Origin: a virus
Taxonomy: Duplodnaviria > Caudoviricetes
Reading direction: 5' to 3' (one strand)
Length of the DNA stretch: 29,835 bases
Virus record (IMG/VR): IMGVR_UViG_3300016667_000348
Coordinates: 1 to 29,835 of that record
A program made the translations under genes and the position numbers. The notes under the pieces are model-generated. The model did not search any database. It saw nothing but the letters and a program-made list of their open reading frames with translations, and was not told the origin of the DNA. The first letter of the stretch is position 1. The number at the start of each line of letters is the position of its first letter. Of this stretch, positions 15,646 to 25,087 are shown one piece after another.

Positions 15646-16248
15646 ATGGACGCACGCATTCCGTATTTTGATTTTGTCCAGAGAGAACACGGCATCGATG
15701 TTGAGCAGTCTGAAGAGGCTGGCTATGAGGTGCCAAAAATCATGACCTTCATCCGGATCACGCCGCACGGGCACAAGGGCGATCCGATGGAGTTTTTCGC
15801 CGATGAGTTCATTGAGCGCAAGGGCATTGAGGCCCGCGCAGGCCGTTATGAGCATTCGTGGGTGGCCCGATTCAAGGATGGGCTGGCTGAGTTCCGCGAG
15901 GGGCGCGAATTGCCGCGCGAAGGCACGCCGTTGCTGACTTGGGAACGCATTCTGAAAAGCCGGCGCGAGCAGTTGGCCGCGCGGTTTCCGACGGTTGAGG
16001 ATCTGGCTGCGTGCCCGGACTCCAACCTGGGCGAGATTGGACTTGATGGTCGCGTGCTGCGCGATATGGCGCGGGCCGAGATTCAGGCCAAGAAGGATTT
16101 AGAGCCAGTTGTGCGAGAGCTCGCGCTGGCAAAGGAAGAAAACCGCCAGTTGCGCGAGCAGCTGCAGCGGCTTGAGGCGCGTTTTGACGCTTACGACGAT
16201 GAAAAACCCCGGCGCGGTCGACCGCGCATGACTGACGAGGCTGCGTAA
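15646..16248 (+). CDS. conserved-looking hypothetical protein (TVEDLA motif, coiled coil, C-terminal RRGRPR)
   Basis: GAGGGA RBS and TAATG overlap with the next gene. Confidence 0.8.
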   Translation: MDARIPYFDFVQREHGIDVEQSEEAGYEVPKIMTFIRITPHGHKGDPMEFFADEFIERKGIEARAGRYEHSWVARFKDGLAEFREGRELPREGTPLLTWERILKSRREQLAARFPTVEDLAACPDSNLGEIGLDGRVLRDMARAEIQAKKDLEPVVRELALAKEENRQLREQLQRLEARFDAYDDEKPRRGRPRMTDEAA

Positions 16249-16955
16249 TGGCACTGAATTGTCTGCAGATCATCCAGAGCGCTTGCCGCCGCATCGGGAT
16301 TTTGAGCCCGAACACAACGGTAACCAGCACAGATCCGCAGATAATTCAGCTTGTCGAGATGTGCAACGAAGAAGGCCGTGAGCAGGCCTCTCGTTATGCG
16401 TGGTCTGGCCTGCAGCGCGAGGCCACGTTCCCGACAGTTGGCGTCGAGATTCAGATTCCAATTGCCGCCATCACGCAGGGCTTTGAGTACATCGTCAATA
16501 ACACCATTTGGAACCGGGACCTTCGCCGCCCTGTTTATGGCCCTGATTCTGAGCAGGACTGGCAGCAGGCCAAGGCGATGCAGATTAACGGCCCGTTTAA
16601 TCGGTTCCGAATCATTGCCGGAAATATCCATTTCTATCCAATCCCTGCGGTCGGCCAGGACTGTTATTTTGAATACCTCTCCAATTTCTGGGCCGCTGAC
16701 GTCAATGGCGTAGGCTCTGCGGTTTTCGAGAACGATACCGATGTGACGGTGCTTGATGATCAGCTGATCATCCTTGGCACTGTCTGGCGATGGAAGGCCG
16801 CAAAAGGGCTTTCGTATGCCGAGGATTTCCGCAAGTACGAGGCTCGCCTGCTCGATGTTCAGAATCGCGATGGCGGCAAACCCACACTAACGATGACCGG
16901 CGCGAAATACGACATCAACCCGGTTGTTATCGTGCCCGCAGGCAGCTGGATCTGA
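16248..16955 (+). CDS. head-tail adaptor (tail tubular protein A / P22 gp4-like)
   Basis: L.IIQ.ACRRIG N-terminus, FYPIP, and LG..WRWK.AKGL.YAEDF..YE. Position fits. Confidence 0.8.
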   Translation: MALNCLQIIQSACRRIGILSPNTTVTSTDPQIIQLVEMCNEEGREQASRYAWSGLQREATFPTVGVEIQIPIAAITQGFEYIVNNTIWNRDLRRPVYGPDSEQDWQQAKAMQINGPFNRFRIIAGNIHFYPIPAVGQDCYFEYLSNFWAADVNGVGSAVFENDTDVTVLDDQLIILGTVWRWKAAKGLSYAEDFRKYEARLLDVQNRDGGKPTLTMTGAKYDINPVVIVPAGSWI

Positions 16956-16956
16956 C

Positions 16957-18741
16957 ATGAGACGAGCAGCCATCGGCCGGCAGGTTTCGCGCACGCTGTC
17001 GGTGCCGGCGCCAGTCGGCGGCTGGAACACGCGCGACATGCTCGCAGAGATGAAGCCCAACGAGGCCGTCATTCTCGACAACATGTTCTGCTTGCCAAGC
17101 TCCGTTCGCGTCAGGCCCGGCAGCGAAACCCACGTGACCGATGTCCCGGCAACGGTCCACACGTTAATGGCGTACCGTGGCGTCAGCGGCACATCGCAGT
17201 TGTTCGCTGCGGCAAGCACGGAGATTTACGACGTTTCGACCGCAGGCGTCTGCGGCGCTGCCGTACTCGCCGGCCTGTCGAATGACGATTGGCAGCACAC
17301 CATTTTCGGAACGTCTGGCGGCAATTTCCTGCTGGCCGTAAACGGTGCCCACCTCCCAATCATTTACAACGGCTCGGCGTGGGGCAACATCTTCGACGCC
17401 GCGTTCAGCACGGCAATTTCTGGCGGCGGTCTCACAAGCGTAGGGACGCTGTGCACGTGCGTGATGTTCAATCCGCACAACATGCACACAGGCATGAGCA
17501 TTACCGTTTCTGGGGCCTCTCAGGCGGCCTACAACGGCACGTTCGTCATCACCGTTACAAACGCCACCACATTCACGTATGTGGCCGCCAGCGTGCCCAC
17601 AGCAAGCCCCGCAACTGGCAGCCCGTCGGCTGCTCCAACTGTCAACTTTTCCATTACAGTTGCCAACCCGCTTAATTTCAGCGCGGTTACTCAGCATAAA
17701 AACCGGCTGTGGTTTGCAGAGAAAAACACGCTCAAGGCGTGGTACATGCCGACCAATTCCATCGGCGGGGCTGCAGCAGCGTTTGACATGTCGGCGCTGT
17801 TTTCGCGCGGCGGTTATCTGGTTGCGCTTGGCACATGGACGCTGGACGGCGGCGCCGGCCTCGATGACCTGCTGGTTTTCGTGACGAGTCAGGGACAGGT
17901 AGCGGTTTACCGTGGCACAGATCCGGCCGTCGCGGCTAACTGGTCGCTGGTCGGCGTTTACATGGTAGCGCAGCCGCTGGGCGTCAATTGCCTGCAGAAA
18001 TTTGGCGGCGACCTGCTGCTGCTCAGTCGCGAAGGGCTCATGCCGCTGAGCAAGGTTCTTATTTCTGCCGACGTTACCGACCGCATGACGGTTTCCGACA
18101 AAATCGCGCAGACGATGTCTGATTACGCGACGGCCTATGAAGCGAACGACGGGTGGCAAACGGTCGTTTTTGCCGAAGAGAATGCGCTGCTGGTCAATGT
18201 GCCGGTCAGCACAAATATCAGCTACCAACTGGCGATGAACACAACGACCGGCGCATGGTCCAGGTTCCTCGGCTGGAACGCTAGATGCTGGGAGCGATTT
18301 GACAACGGCATTTATTTTGCGGCCGGCACGACCATCTACAATGCGTGGATCGGAAACACGGATTCCGGGGCGCGGATTGATTTCGAGGGTTTGCAAGCAT
18401 TCGTTTATGCCAACGCGCCAACCCAGTTGAAGCAGGTCAAGATGGTCCGGCCGATCATCCAAACGGAAAGCCAGCCCAATATTTTGTTGGGCGTCAATGC
18501 GGATTTCGACACCGCGACGCCTACCGGGATTCCTTCATTCGTTCCAACAACCGCAGGCCTATGGGACACAGCGCTCTGGGATACAGCGTATTGGGGCGGC
18601 GATGTGGTTATTCGGCGCGAATGGCAGACCGCATTTGCGATGGGCTATTCGTTCGCGGCCCACATGGTCGGAAACATCAGCGCAAGCTCGCTGAGCTGGA
18701 TTTCTACTGATTACGTCATCGAGGGCGGGGGCGTGATATGA
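16957..18741 (+). CDS. tail hub/nozzle (tail tubular protein B / P22 gp10-like)
   Basis: PAPVGGWNTRD start, beta-propeller-like content (HKNRLWF, FVTSQGQVAVYRGTDP, KFGGDLLLL) and a WD...WD...W C-terminal motif. Start placed at ATG 16957. Confidence 0.85.
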   Translation: MRRAAIGRQVSRTLSVPAPVGGWNTRDMLAEMKPNEAVILDNMFCLPSSVRVRPGSETHVTDVPATVHTLMAYRGVSGTSQLFAAASTEIYDVSTAGVCGAAVLAGLSNDDWQHTIFGTSGGNFLLAVNGAHLPIIYNGSAWGNIFDAAFSTAISGGGLTSVGTLCTCVMFNPHNMHTGMSITVSGASQAAYNGTFVITVTNATTFTYVAASVPTASPATGSPSAAPTVNFSITVANPLNFSAVTQHKNRLWFAEKNTLKAWYMPTNSIGGAAAAFDMSALFSRGGYLVALGTWTLDGGAGLDDLLVFVTSQGQVAVYRGTDPAVAANWSLVGVYMVAQPLGVNCLQKFGGDLLLLSREGLMPLSKVLISADVTDRMTVSDKIAQTMSDYATAYEANDGWQTVVFAEENALLVNVPVSTNISYQLAMNTTTGAWSRFLGWNARCWERFDNGIYFAAGTTIYNAWIGNTDSGARIDFEGLQAFVYANAPTQLKQVKMVRPIIQTESQPNILLGVNADFDTATPTGIPSFVPTTAGLWDTALWDTAYWGGDVVIRREWQTAFAMGYSFAAHMVGNISASSLSWISTDYVIEGGGVI

Positions 18742-19088
18742 CCGACCAGAAACTGCGCGAGCTACTAAGCCTCGCGATTGCCCGTAGCCTCGGCGTTGTT
18801 TCTGTGGATGACGTTATCGAGCGAATCGACCAGAACCGGCTAACGCTCTGGAAGGCCGACAACAGCGTGGCTGTTAGCGAGGTCTCCCGGATGCCGCAAA
18901 AAACGGTCGTAAATGTCGTTCTGGCGGCTGGCGAGCTTGGCGAGTTGCGCGAAGTCGCTGCCCGCATCGAGGATTACGCAAAATCGATTGGCGCGGACAT
19001 GGTCACGATTGTTGGCCGCCGAGGCTGGGGCCGCGTGCTCGGGTACAATGAAACTGCAGCGTTGATGTCTAAACGCTTGGGAGATTGA
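18738..19088 (+). CDS. GNAT-like virion assembly protein (position of P22 gp14 / T7 gp13)
   Basis: LAAGELGEL...YAKSIGA.......GRRGW.RVL motif, between the nozzle and ejection genes. Confidence 0.7.
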   Translation: MTDQKLRELLSLAIARSLGVVSVDDVIERIDQNRLTLWKADNSVAVSEVSRMPQKTVVNVVLAAGELGELREVAARIEDYAKSIGADMVTIVGRRGWGRVLGYNETAALMSKRLGD

Positions 19089-19089
19089 G

Positions 19090-20130
19090 ATGAGCGATTT
19101 GTTCGAGAGCATTTTTGGCGGTGGCCCTGATATGCCGGAGGCGCCGGATTACAACGCGCTGGCTCGGCAAACCGCCGAACTCAATCGTCAGGCCGCAGAG
19201 CAGACGACGCTAGCGAACCGCCCTGGGCAAGTCACACCGTTTGGCGCCGTCAACTGGACTCGCGACGCCAAGGGCAACTGGACGCAGACCACGACGCTGT
19301 CGCCAGAGCAGAAGCGTTTGCTGGATGCGCAAAACAAGGCAAGCCTGCAAATGGCGCAGAACCTTGGGTTTTTTGGCGGCAAAATCAATCAGGCTTTCAA
19401 AAACCCGATTCGCGCTAAGGACCTCCCCGCCTCGATGGTCAACGCTGGCGAAACTGGCCAGCAGGCAATCATGCGTCGCCTGCAACCTCAGATCACGCAG
19501 GACCGCGCAGCGTTGCAGCAGCAGTTGGCGAATCAGGGGATTCCGCTGGGCAGCGAGGCCTACAACAACGCAATGCGGGTTCAGGCACAGCAGGAAAACG
19601 ACCTGTTGAGTCAGGCTGCGCAGGCTGGCATCAAGATCGGGCAGGAGGCGCAGAACCAGCAGCTGCTACTGAAAAACGCGCTCATGATGCAGCCGTTCAA
19701 TATGGCCGACACTGCGTTCGGCCTTTACTCGAAAGCTCGCGGCGCCGCTGCGCCTACCATGCCGAGCTTTCCCAATTTCGCCACGCAGGCCCAGACCGCC
19801 GGGCCGGATGCGCTCACTGCAGGAACGAATGCCTACAACTCGGCGATGGCTCAATACAATGCGCAGGTCGCGCAGCAGAACCAGAATGCGAACAATCAGG
19901 CAAACATGGCGTTAGCACTAATGGGCATGTCTGATGCCAGAACAAAAACTGACGTTGTGCGCCTTGGTGAAATGCCGAATGGCCTGCCTGTTTATCAGTA
20001 CCGTTACCTCTGGGACGAACCCGGCACAGAGCGCGTCGGCGTTATGGCGCAGGACGTGGCCGACGTTATTCCTGACGCCGTTTTGGTCAACGATGACGGC
20101 ATCATGATGGTCGATTACGCGAGGCTCTGA
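19090..20130 (+). CDS. DNA ejection/pilot protein with a C-terminal peptidase S74-like chaperone domain
   Basis: P.APDY, NRP.QVTPFG and LANQGI..GSEAY motifs, Gln/Ala/Asn-rich. C-terminal SDARTK...GVMAQDV...PDAV...VDYARL. Confidence 0.8.
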   Translation: MSDLFESIFGGGPDMPEAPDYNALARQTAELNRQAAEQTTLANRPGQVTPFGAVNWTRDAKGNWTQTTTLSPEQKRLLDAQNKASLQMAQNLGFFGGKINQAFKNPIRAKDLPASMVNAGETGQQAIMRRLQPQITQDRAALQQQLANQGIPLGSEAYNNAMRVQAQQENDLLSQAAQAGIKIGQEAQNQQLLLKNALMMQPFNMADTAFGLYSKARGAAAPTMPSFPNFATQAQTAGPDALTAGTNAYNSAMAQYNAQVAQQNQNANNQANMALALMGMSDARTKTDVVRLGEMPNGLPVYQYRYLWDEPGTERVGVMAQDVADVIPDAVLVNDDGIMMVDYARL

Positions 20131-20131
20131 A

Positions 20132-21616
20132 ATGGCAAATCCGTTTATTGATGCTGCGATCAACCCGATGCAGTTTTTCGCGCCTGACGTTGCGGCAGAT
20201 GCAACGCAGCTAGCTCGCAGGCAGGCCATGGTCGATGCGCTCAGAGCCCGCGCAACGGCCGAAGATCCGACGCAGGTTGTTTCCGGGATTGCAATCAAAC
20301 AATCGCCGCTCGGCCGCATTGCAAGTTCTCTCGTTGCCGATTACCAGCAGCGCCAGATTGACGAACAGCAGGCAGAGATGGCGCGTCGTTATGCTCAGGC
20401 TCTCGGCGGAGGTGGCGGAGCTGGCGGCGCCGGCTTGGGTGGGGTCATCGACGGCGACACGCTACGGCAGGCCGCCATGCTCGATACCGTATCGCCCGGT
20501 GCTGGGAAGGCGCTGATCCAGTCTCGCATTGAGCAAAACAAGCCGGTTGATGTCGTCCGCACCGCGCAGCAGCTGTTCCCCAACGACCCCGCAGGTCAGC
20601 AGCAATATCTGCAGGCGTACGCGCGCAAACAAACCGAGATGACGCGCACGCCAGGGTCCTACGTCGTCGGCATGGACGGCCAGATGATCGAAACTCCGAT
20701 GTCTGCCGAGGGCAAGCGCCGGCTTGAATTGCAGGAACGCTCAGTGGCGGCGCAGGAGAGCAGAGCGCAGACCGCCGCTCGTTCGGCCCAGCAGGCTGCT
20801 GGCACTGGGGGCGGGTTCGCCGGGAAGAGCATGGACGCGGAGGCCTACAACATTCGAAACAGACTGACGCTTGCAGCTATGGAACGACCGCTCACCGCTG
20901 AAGAACAACTGCTGTTGCAAAGTGCCGAGCGGCATTTAAGGCGCCCTCAGGTTTTCATGAACGAAGGCGGGGTTTCGGTCATAGCGGATACGCGCCCCCT
21001 GCCAACCCTGCAGGCCCCGGCCCCCGCTGCGGACCAAACTGGCGCGCCCGCGCAAATGCCAGCCGGGATGCCCGCCCCGACCACCGCGCCAAGCACCCCC
21101 GCCGCCGCGACCGTGGTCTCTCCGTCTATGCCTCCGCCGCAACAGATCACTCCACCTCAGCCCAAGACAAAGCAGCAAATTTTGGATAAGGCTCAGGCCG
21201 AAGCCGAGCTTGCGCTGCCAGATATTGAGGACGCGGTAACGAAGGCGATTTCTGAGCTCGAAAGGCTGCTGAACGATCCCAACCTTGGATCATTGATTGG
21301 CAACCCCGCCGGGAAGTTGACTAAGAATATTCCCGGACAGCCAGCTGCCGACATTGATTCCGCATTGCGCCAAGTCAAAGGCGGCGCATTTTTAGCAGCC
21401 ATTGAAAAACTGAAGGGATCTGGCGCGGTCAGCGGACCCGAAGGCGATAAGGCAGGGGCAGCCATTACGAGCCTGTCCGAGATGCAATCTGTTCCGGCAT
21501 TTAAGAAAGAGGGACAGATCTATATTGACATCCTCAGAAAAGGGCTTCAGCGCGCTAGAGAAAAAGCCGGGAAGCAGGCGCCGACCAACACGGAATGGGG
21601 AATCAGGAAAAAATAA
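20132..21616 (+). CDS. DNA ejection (internal virion) protein
   Basis: Gln/Ala/Gly-rich with a Pro-rich linker and a C-terminal 'AFL.AIEKLKGSGAVS..EG.K' motif. Second gene of the ejection block. Confidence 0.75.
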   Translation: MANPFIDAAINPMQFFAPDVAADATQLARRQAMVDALRARATAEDPTQVVSGIAIKQSPLGRIASSLVADYQQRQIDEQQAEMARRYAQALGGGGGAGGAGLGGVIDGDTLRQAAMLDTVSPGAGKALIQSRIEQNKPVDVVRTAQQLFPNDPAGQQQYLQAYARKQTEMTRTPGSYVVGMDGQMIETPMSAEGKRRLELQERSVAAQESRAQTAARSAQQAAGTGGGFAGKSMDAEAYNIRNRLTLAAMERPLTAEEQLLLQSAERHLRRPQVFMNEGGVSVIADTRPLPTLQAPAPAADQTGAPAQMPAGMPAPTTAPSTPAAATVVSPSMPPPQQITPPQPKTKQQILDKAQAEAELALPDIEDAVTKAISELERLLNDPNLGSLIGNPAGKLTKNIPGQPAADIDSALRQVKGGAFLAAIEKLKGSGAVSGPEGDKAGAAITSLSEMQSVPAFKKEGQIYIDILRKGLQRAREKAGKQAPTNTEWGIRKK

Positions 21617-23436
21617 TGGCTACTTACGAAATCACAGCGCCAGACGGTCGGGTTTTCGAGGTTGATGCTCCAGCAGGCGCTACCGAAAGCCAGATTCTCG
21701 ATTTTGCAAAATCGCAGATTGCAAAAATGCCGGCAGTTCAGCCGGAGTTCCCGTCGCCAGTTGAAGGGATGTCGTTCGGCGAACGGCTGTTGGCTGGCGC
21801 CGGCAAGGCGTTTGTGGACATCGGGCGCGGTACCCAGCAGCTGCTGAGCGACAGCCCGGAACTGCAGGCGCAGATTGATGAGCAGGCTCGCCTCGATAAG
21901 CCGCTGATGGCAACCGGCGCAGGGTTGACCGGGAACATTCTTGGCGGCGCCGCTGCGCTTGCTCCGACGTTTGCAATCCCCGGGGCTGGAACCGTAGTGG
22001 GATCAACGCTGCTGGGAGGCATCAGCGGCGCATTGCAACCAGTGACCTCAGAGCAGAACCGGCTGACCAATGTCGCGACCGGCGGCCTGTTCGGTGGTGC
22101 TGGGCAGGTTTTGGGCAATTTGGCGCCACGCGCATTGTCTGCTGTAACCGCGCCGTTTCGTGAGGGCGGCAGAGCGCGGATCATCGGCGAGACGTTGCAG
22201 GAATTTGCAGCAGATCCAGCCGCAATCCGGCGGGCCGCCACCAGCCGCGTGCCGGGCGTCGAAATGACGACCGCAGAGGCAACGCGAGATCCTGGCCTTG
22301 CTATCCTGCAGCGCGTCGCCCAGTCGCAAAACCCGGCGTTTGGCTCGGAGCTGGCGGCGCAGGAGCTGCGGAACATAGCCTCATCCGCCAACGTCGTCCG
22401 GGACATTGCGCAGACACCACGGGCAATGGCCGAAGCAGTTGCCGCGCGAGAGGCCGCCGCCGCGCCGTTTTATCAACAGGCGTTCAACACGACCGTCCGT
22501 GCAGATGAGGAACTGGCCCGGCTGATGCGCCGGCCAGAAATCGCATCGGCCTTCCGCCAGGCGCAGGAAAACGCCGCGAACGCCGGCCTTCCGGTTCCGG
22601 GCAATTTTTACCAGCCTGCCCGCCGCGTTCCGCAGGGCCTGTCAGGCATGAGGGAGGTGCCAGAGCAATTCGGGGAGGTCAGCGGAGAGACCCTGCATCA
22701 AATCAAAATGGCTCTGGATGCGTCGCTTGCGTCAGGGCCGCAGCGCGGGATTGCCGGGGCAAATGCCAGAGCAATCAGATCCGCCCGGAATGATTTTCTG
22801 TCGTGGCTTGAGGACAGAATCCCCGCCTACCAGACCGCCCGCGAAACATTTGCCGAGGCCAGCCGCCCCATCAACCAGATGGAAACCGGCAACGAATTAA
22901 TCCGGCGCATGATTGGCAGTGCGCAGGAGGTGGCTGGATATGATCCGACGCTAGTTAAAACCGAAGCGTTTGCAACGGGCCTGCGCAATCTGGACGACGT
23001 CGTTCGTCGCGCAACTGGCCGCAGCGAATTGTCGGCCGATGTGCTGACGCCCGCGCAACGGCAATCGTTGCTTGACGTCAACGACTACCTCTCCAACCGC
23101 CAGTTTGTGCAGAACGTCGCCAAGCCCCCGGGCAGCAACACAGCGCAAAACCTCGCAGGCCAAAACTTTATGCGTTCGATTGCTGGGCCGCTTGGTCTGC
23201 CGTCAGGCTTTCTTGAATCGCAAGTCTCTCGGTTGCTTTCCGCAGGGTTCGCGCCAAGATTCGCGCCCTACGAACAAAACCTGCAGACAGAATTGGCCGC
23301 GGCGCTGCTGAACCCTCAGACGGCCTCAGGCGCGTTAGAAGCCGGCGTCCCCACTGGCGCATCGCCAGCGCTGTTGGATGCCTACTCTAGAGCGCTTGGC
23401 GCCCTGTCAGTTGGGGCCGGCACGGCGGGTCAGTAG
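21616..23436 (+). CDS. large DNA ejection (internal virion) protein, position of P22 gp16
   Basis: MATYEITAPDGR.FEV.AP.GA N-terminus, a Gly/Ala-rich hydrophobic segment and a GS.TAQNL motif. TAATG overlap at 21616. Confidence 0.8.
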   Translation: MATYEITAPDGRVFEVDAPAGATESQILDFAKSQIAKMPAVQPEFPSPVEGMSFGERLLAGAGKAFVDIGRGTQQLLSDSPELQAQIDEQARLDKPLMATGAGLTGNILGGAAALAPTFAIPGAGTVVGSTLLGGISGALQPVTSEQNRLTNVATGGLFGGAGQVLGNLAPRALSAVTAPFREGGRARIIGETLQEFAADPAAIRRAATSRVPGVEMTTAEATRDPGLAILQRVAQSQNPAFGSELAAQELRNIASSANVVRDIAQTPRAMAEAVAAREAAAAPFYQQAFNTTVRADEELARLMRRPEIASAFRQAQENAANAGLPVPGNFYQPARRVPQGLSGMREVPEQFGEVSGETLHQIKMALDASLASGPQRGIAGANARAIRSARNDFLSWLEDRIPAYQTARETFAEASRPINQMETGNELIRRMIGSAQEVAGYDPTLVKTEAFATGLRNLDDVVRRATGRSELSADVLTPAQRQSLLDVNDYLSNRQFVQNVAKPPGSNTAQNLAGQNFMRSIAGPLGLPSGFLESQVSRLLSAGFAPRFAPYEQNLQTELAAALLNPQTASGALEAGVPTGASPALLDAYSRALGALSVGAGTAGQ

Positions 23437-23559
23437 TCGTTTGATTCGACCATCCGGGATTAGCGGCAAAATGACAAACCGGGACAGCACGCTGGCGACG
23501 AAAAACAGGACCAGCGCGACAAACGGTTTGATCAGCAACGACAACAGAAACGGCGACAT
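23407..23559 (-). CDS. 50-aa antisense membrane protein, superinfection-exclusion candidate (not in the ORF track)
   Basis: MSPFLLSLLIKPFVALVLFFVASVLSRFVILPLIPDGRIKRLLTRRAGPN with a GGAG RBS. Occupies the otherwise empty 23437-23609 gap. Confidence 0.7.
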   Translation of the reverse strand: MSPFLLSLLIKPFVALVLFFVASVLSRFVILPLIPDGRIKRLLTRRAGPN

Positions 23560-23609
23560 AAACGCTCCAGCGATTGGCACGATCGCGCTAATTTACAGGA
23601 AACATTGAA

Positions 23610-24797
23610 ATGCCACGCAACGGATCTGGTACTTATCAACTGCCAGCAGGCCAGCCGGTCGTTACCGGCACCGTTATCAGCTCGTCGACGTTCAACACGC
23701 TGACCAATGATCTTGCCAATGCGCTGACGCAGAGCCTATCCAAGGACGGGCAGACGCCAGCCACCGCTAACCTGCCCATGGGCGGATTCAAACTGACGGG
23801 CCTAGCCAACGGGAGCGCCAGCACCGACAGCATCACTTATGGGCAGGTGCAAGGCCTGATTTCTGCCGACCGGAAAAGCCGCAACAGAATCATCAACGGC
23901 GGCATGAATATCGACCAGCGCAACGGGGGGCTCGCGCAGACCATTACCGCAGGCGCGGCCTTGGCCTATACCGTCGACCGTTGGTATGGCTATTCGACCG
24001 GCGCTAACGTCTCTGGCCAGCAGGGCGGTGCTGCTGGTCCGTGTTTGGGAAGTTATGTTTTCACCGGCGCTGCATCAGTCACCGGCATTGGGTTCGGGCA
24101 GCGCATCGAACGCGCGGAGTCGTTTGACCTCGCCAGTAGCAACGTGACCATCAGCGCCTACATGTACAACACGCTGTTAACCTCGGTGAACTGGGCACTG
24201 TACTATGCAAACACGAACGACACCTTCGGCACATTGGCATCGCCGACCAGAACGCTGATTTCAAACGGTACGTTTACGGTGACCGGGTCGCTGGCTCGTT
24301 ACAGCACGACGGTATCAGTCCCGGCAGGCGCAACGACAGGCCTCGAGCTGGTTTTTTCCGTCGGGGCGCAAACGTCCGGGACATGGCTCGTTACCGGGGT
24401 GCAGATCGAAAATGCTACGGCCGTGTCTGATTGGGAACAGCTGTCGATTGAATCAATCGGCAGTCGGTGCCAGCGCTATTTCCAGTCTACGCGGTCAGCT
24501 GGTCTTTCCCGTATGTATCCAATCGCGCAGGCCCTGACGACGAATCGCGTTATGTCGTCCATCCAGTTCCCGGTTTCGATGCGCGCGGCGCCAACCGTCA
24601 CCATTTATGCCGGGACGACCGCGACGACCGGGAAACTGGCGGACTACAACAACTCTGGTGTTGCCATTGCCGGAACTTCTGGGTTTGCGCCAGTAGGAGC
24701 ATATACCGGCGGTTATACATACATGGACGGCGCAGGCGGTGCACTGACCATTGGAAACTGGTATGTCTGGTCGCACGAGGCGTCTGCCGAGTTGTAA
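23610..24797 (+). CDS. tail fibre / receptor-binding protein
   Basis: MPRNGSGTY.LPAG.PV anchor domain, then RNRIING...QR, YTVDRW, GVQIE, RCQRYF and FPV.MRAAPTVT motifs typical of fibre carbohydrate-binding-like modules. Confidence 0.85.
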   Translation: MPRNGSGTYQLPAGQPVVTGTVISSSTFNTLTNDLANALTQSLSKDGQTPATANLPMGGFKLTGLANGSASTDSITYGQVQGLISADRKSRNRIINGGMNIDQRNGGLAQTITAGAALAYTVDRWYGYSTGANVSGQQGGAAGPCLGSYVFTGAASVTGIGFGQRIERAESFDLASSNVTISAYMYNTLLTSVNWALYYANTNDTFGTLASPTRTLISNGTFTVTGSLARYSTTVSVPAGATTGLELVFSVGAQTSGTWLVTGVQIENATAVSDWEQLSIESIGSRCQRYFQSTRSAGLSRMYPIAQALTTNRVMSSIQFPVSMRAAPTVTIYAGTTATTGKLADYNNSGVAIAGTSGFAPVGAYTGGYTYMDGAGGALTIGNWYVWSHEASAEL

Positions 24798-24838
24798 AGG
24801 ATTTTTTCCTGCATCATTGAGCGTAAGGATTGCATAAA

Positions 24839-25087
24839 ATGGATGTCGTGATTGATTTTCAAGCCATCGTTAACGCAATCCTAGGCGCACTCGTCACCGT
24901 CATCGCGTGGCTTGCCCGCGAGTTGTGGGGCGCTGTCAAGGAGCTGAAAGCCGATCTCGGTAAGCTGCGCGAAGACCTCCCGCGCACCTACGTCCTCAAA
25001 GAGGATTACAGGCGCGACATTTACGACATGAAAGACATGCTTGCAAAAATCTGGGACAAACTCGATAACAAGGCGGACAAACCATGA
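24839..25087 (+). CDS. single-TM, coiled-coil lysis-cassette protein (holin/antiholin-like)
   Basis: N-terminal TM helix, then LP..YV.KEDY..D. TAAGGA RBS and ATGA overlap with the endolysin. Confidence 0.7.
   Translation: MDVVIDFQAIVNAILGALVTVIAWLARELWGAVKELKADLGKLREDLPRTYVLKEDYRRDIYDMKDMLAKIWDKLDNKADKP

Noticed and set aside
9459-18462. Other long minus-strand ORFs (9459-10616, 12302-13534, 13826-14911, 17164-18462)
   Set aside because: Each lies opposite well-supported structural genes and has shadow-like composition.
23378-23608. 76-aa + strand ORF in the gap before the tail fibre
   Set aside because: No clear RBS, and it is the mirror of the hydrophobic minus-strand ORF 23407-23559, which has an RBS and a coherent membrane topology.
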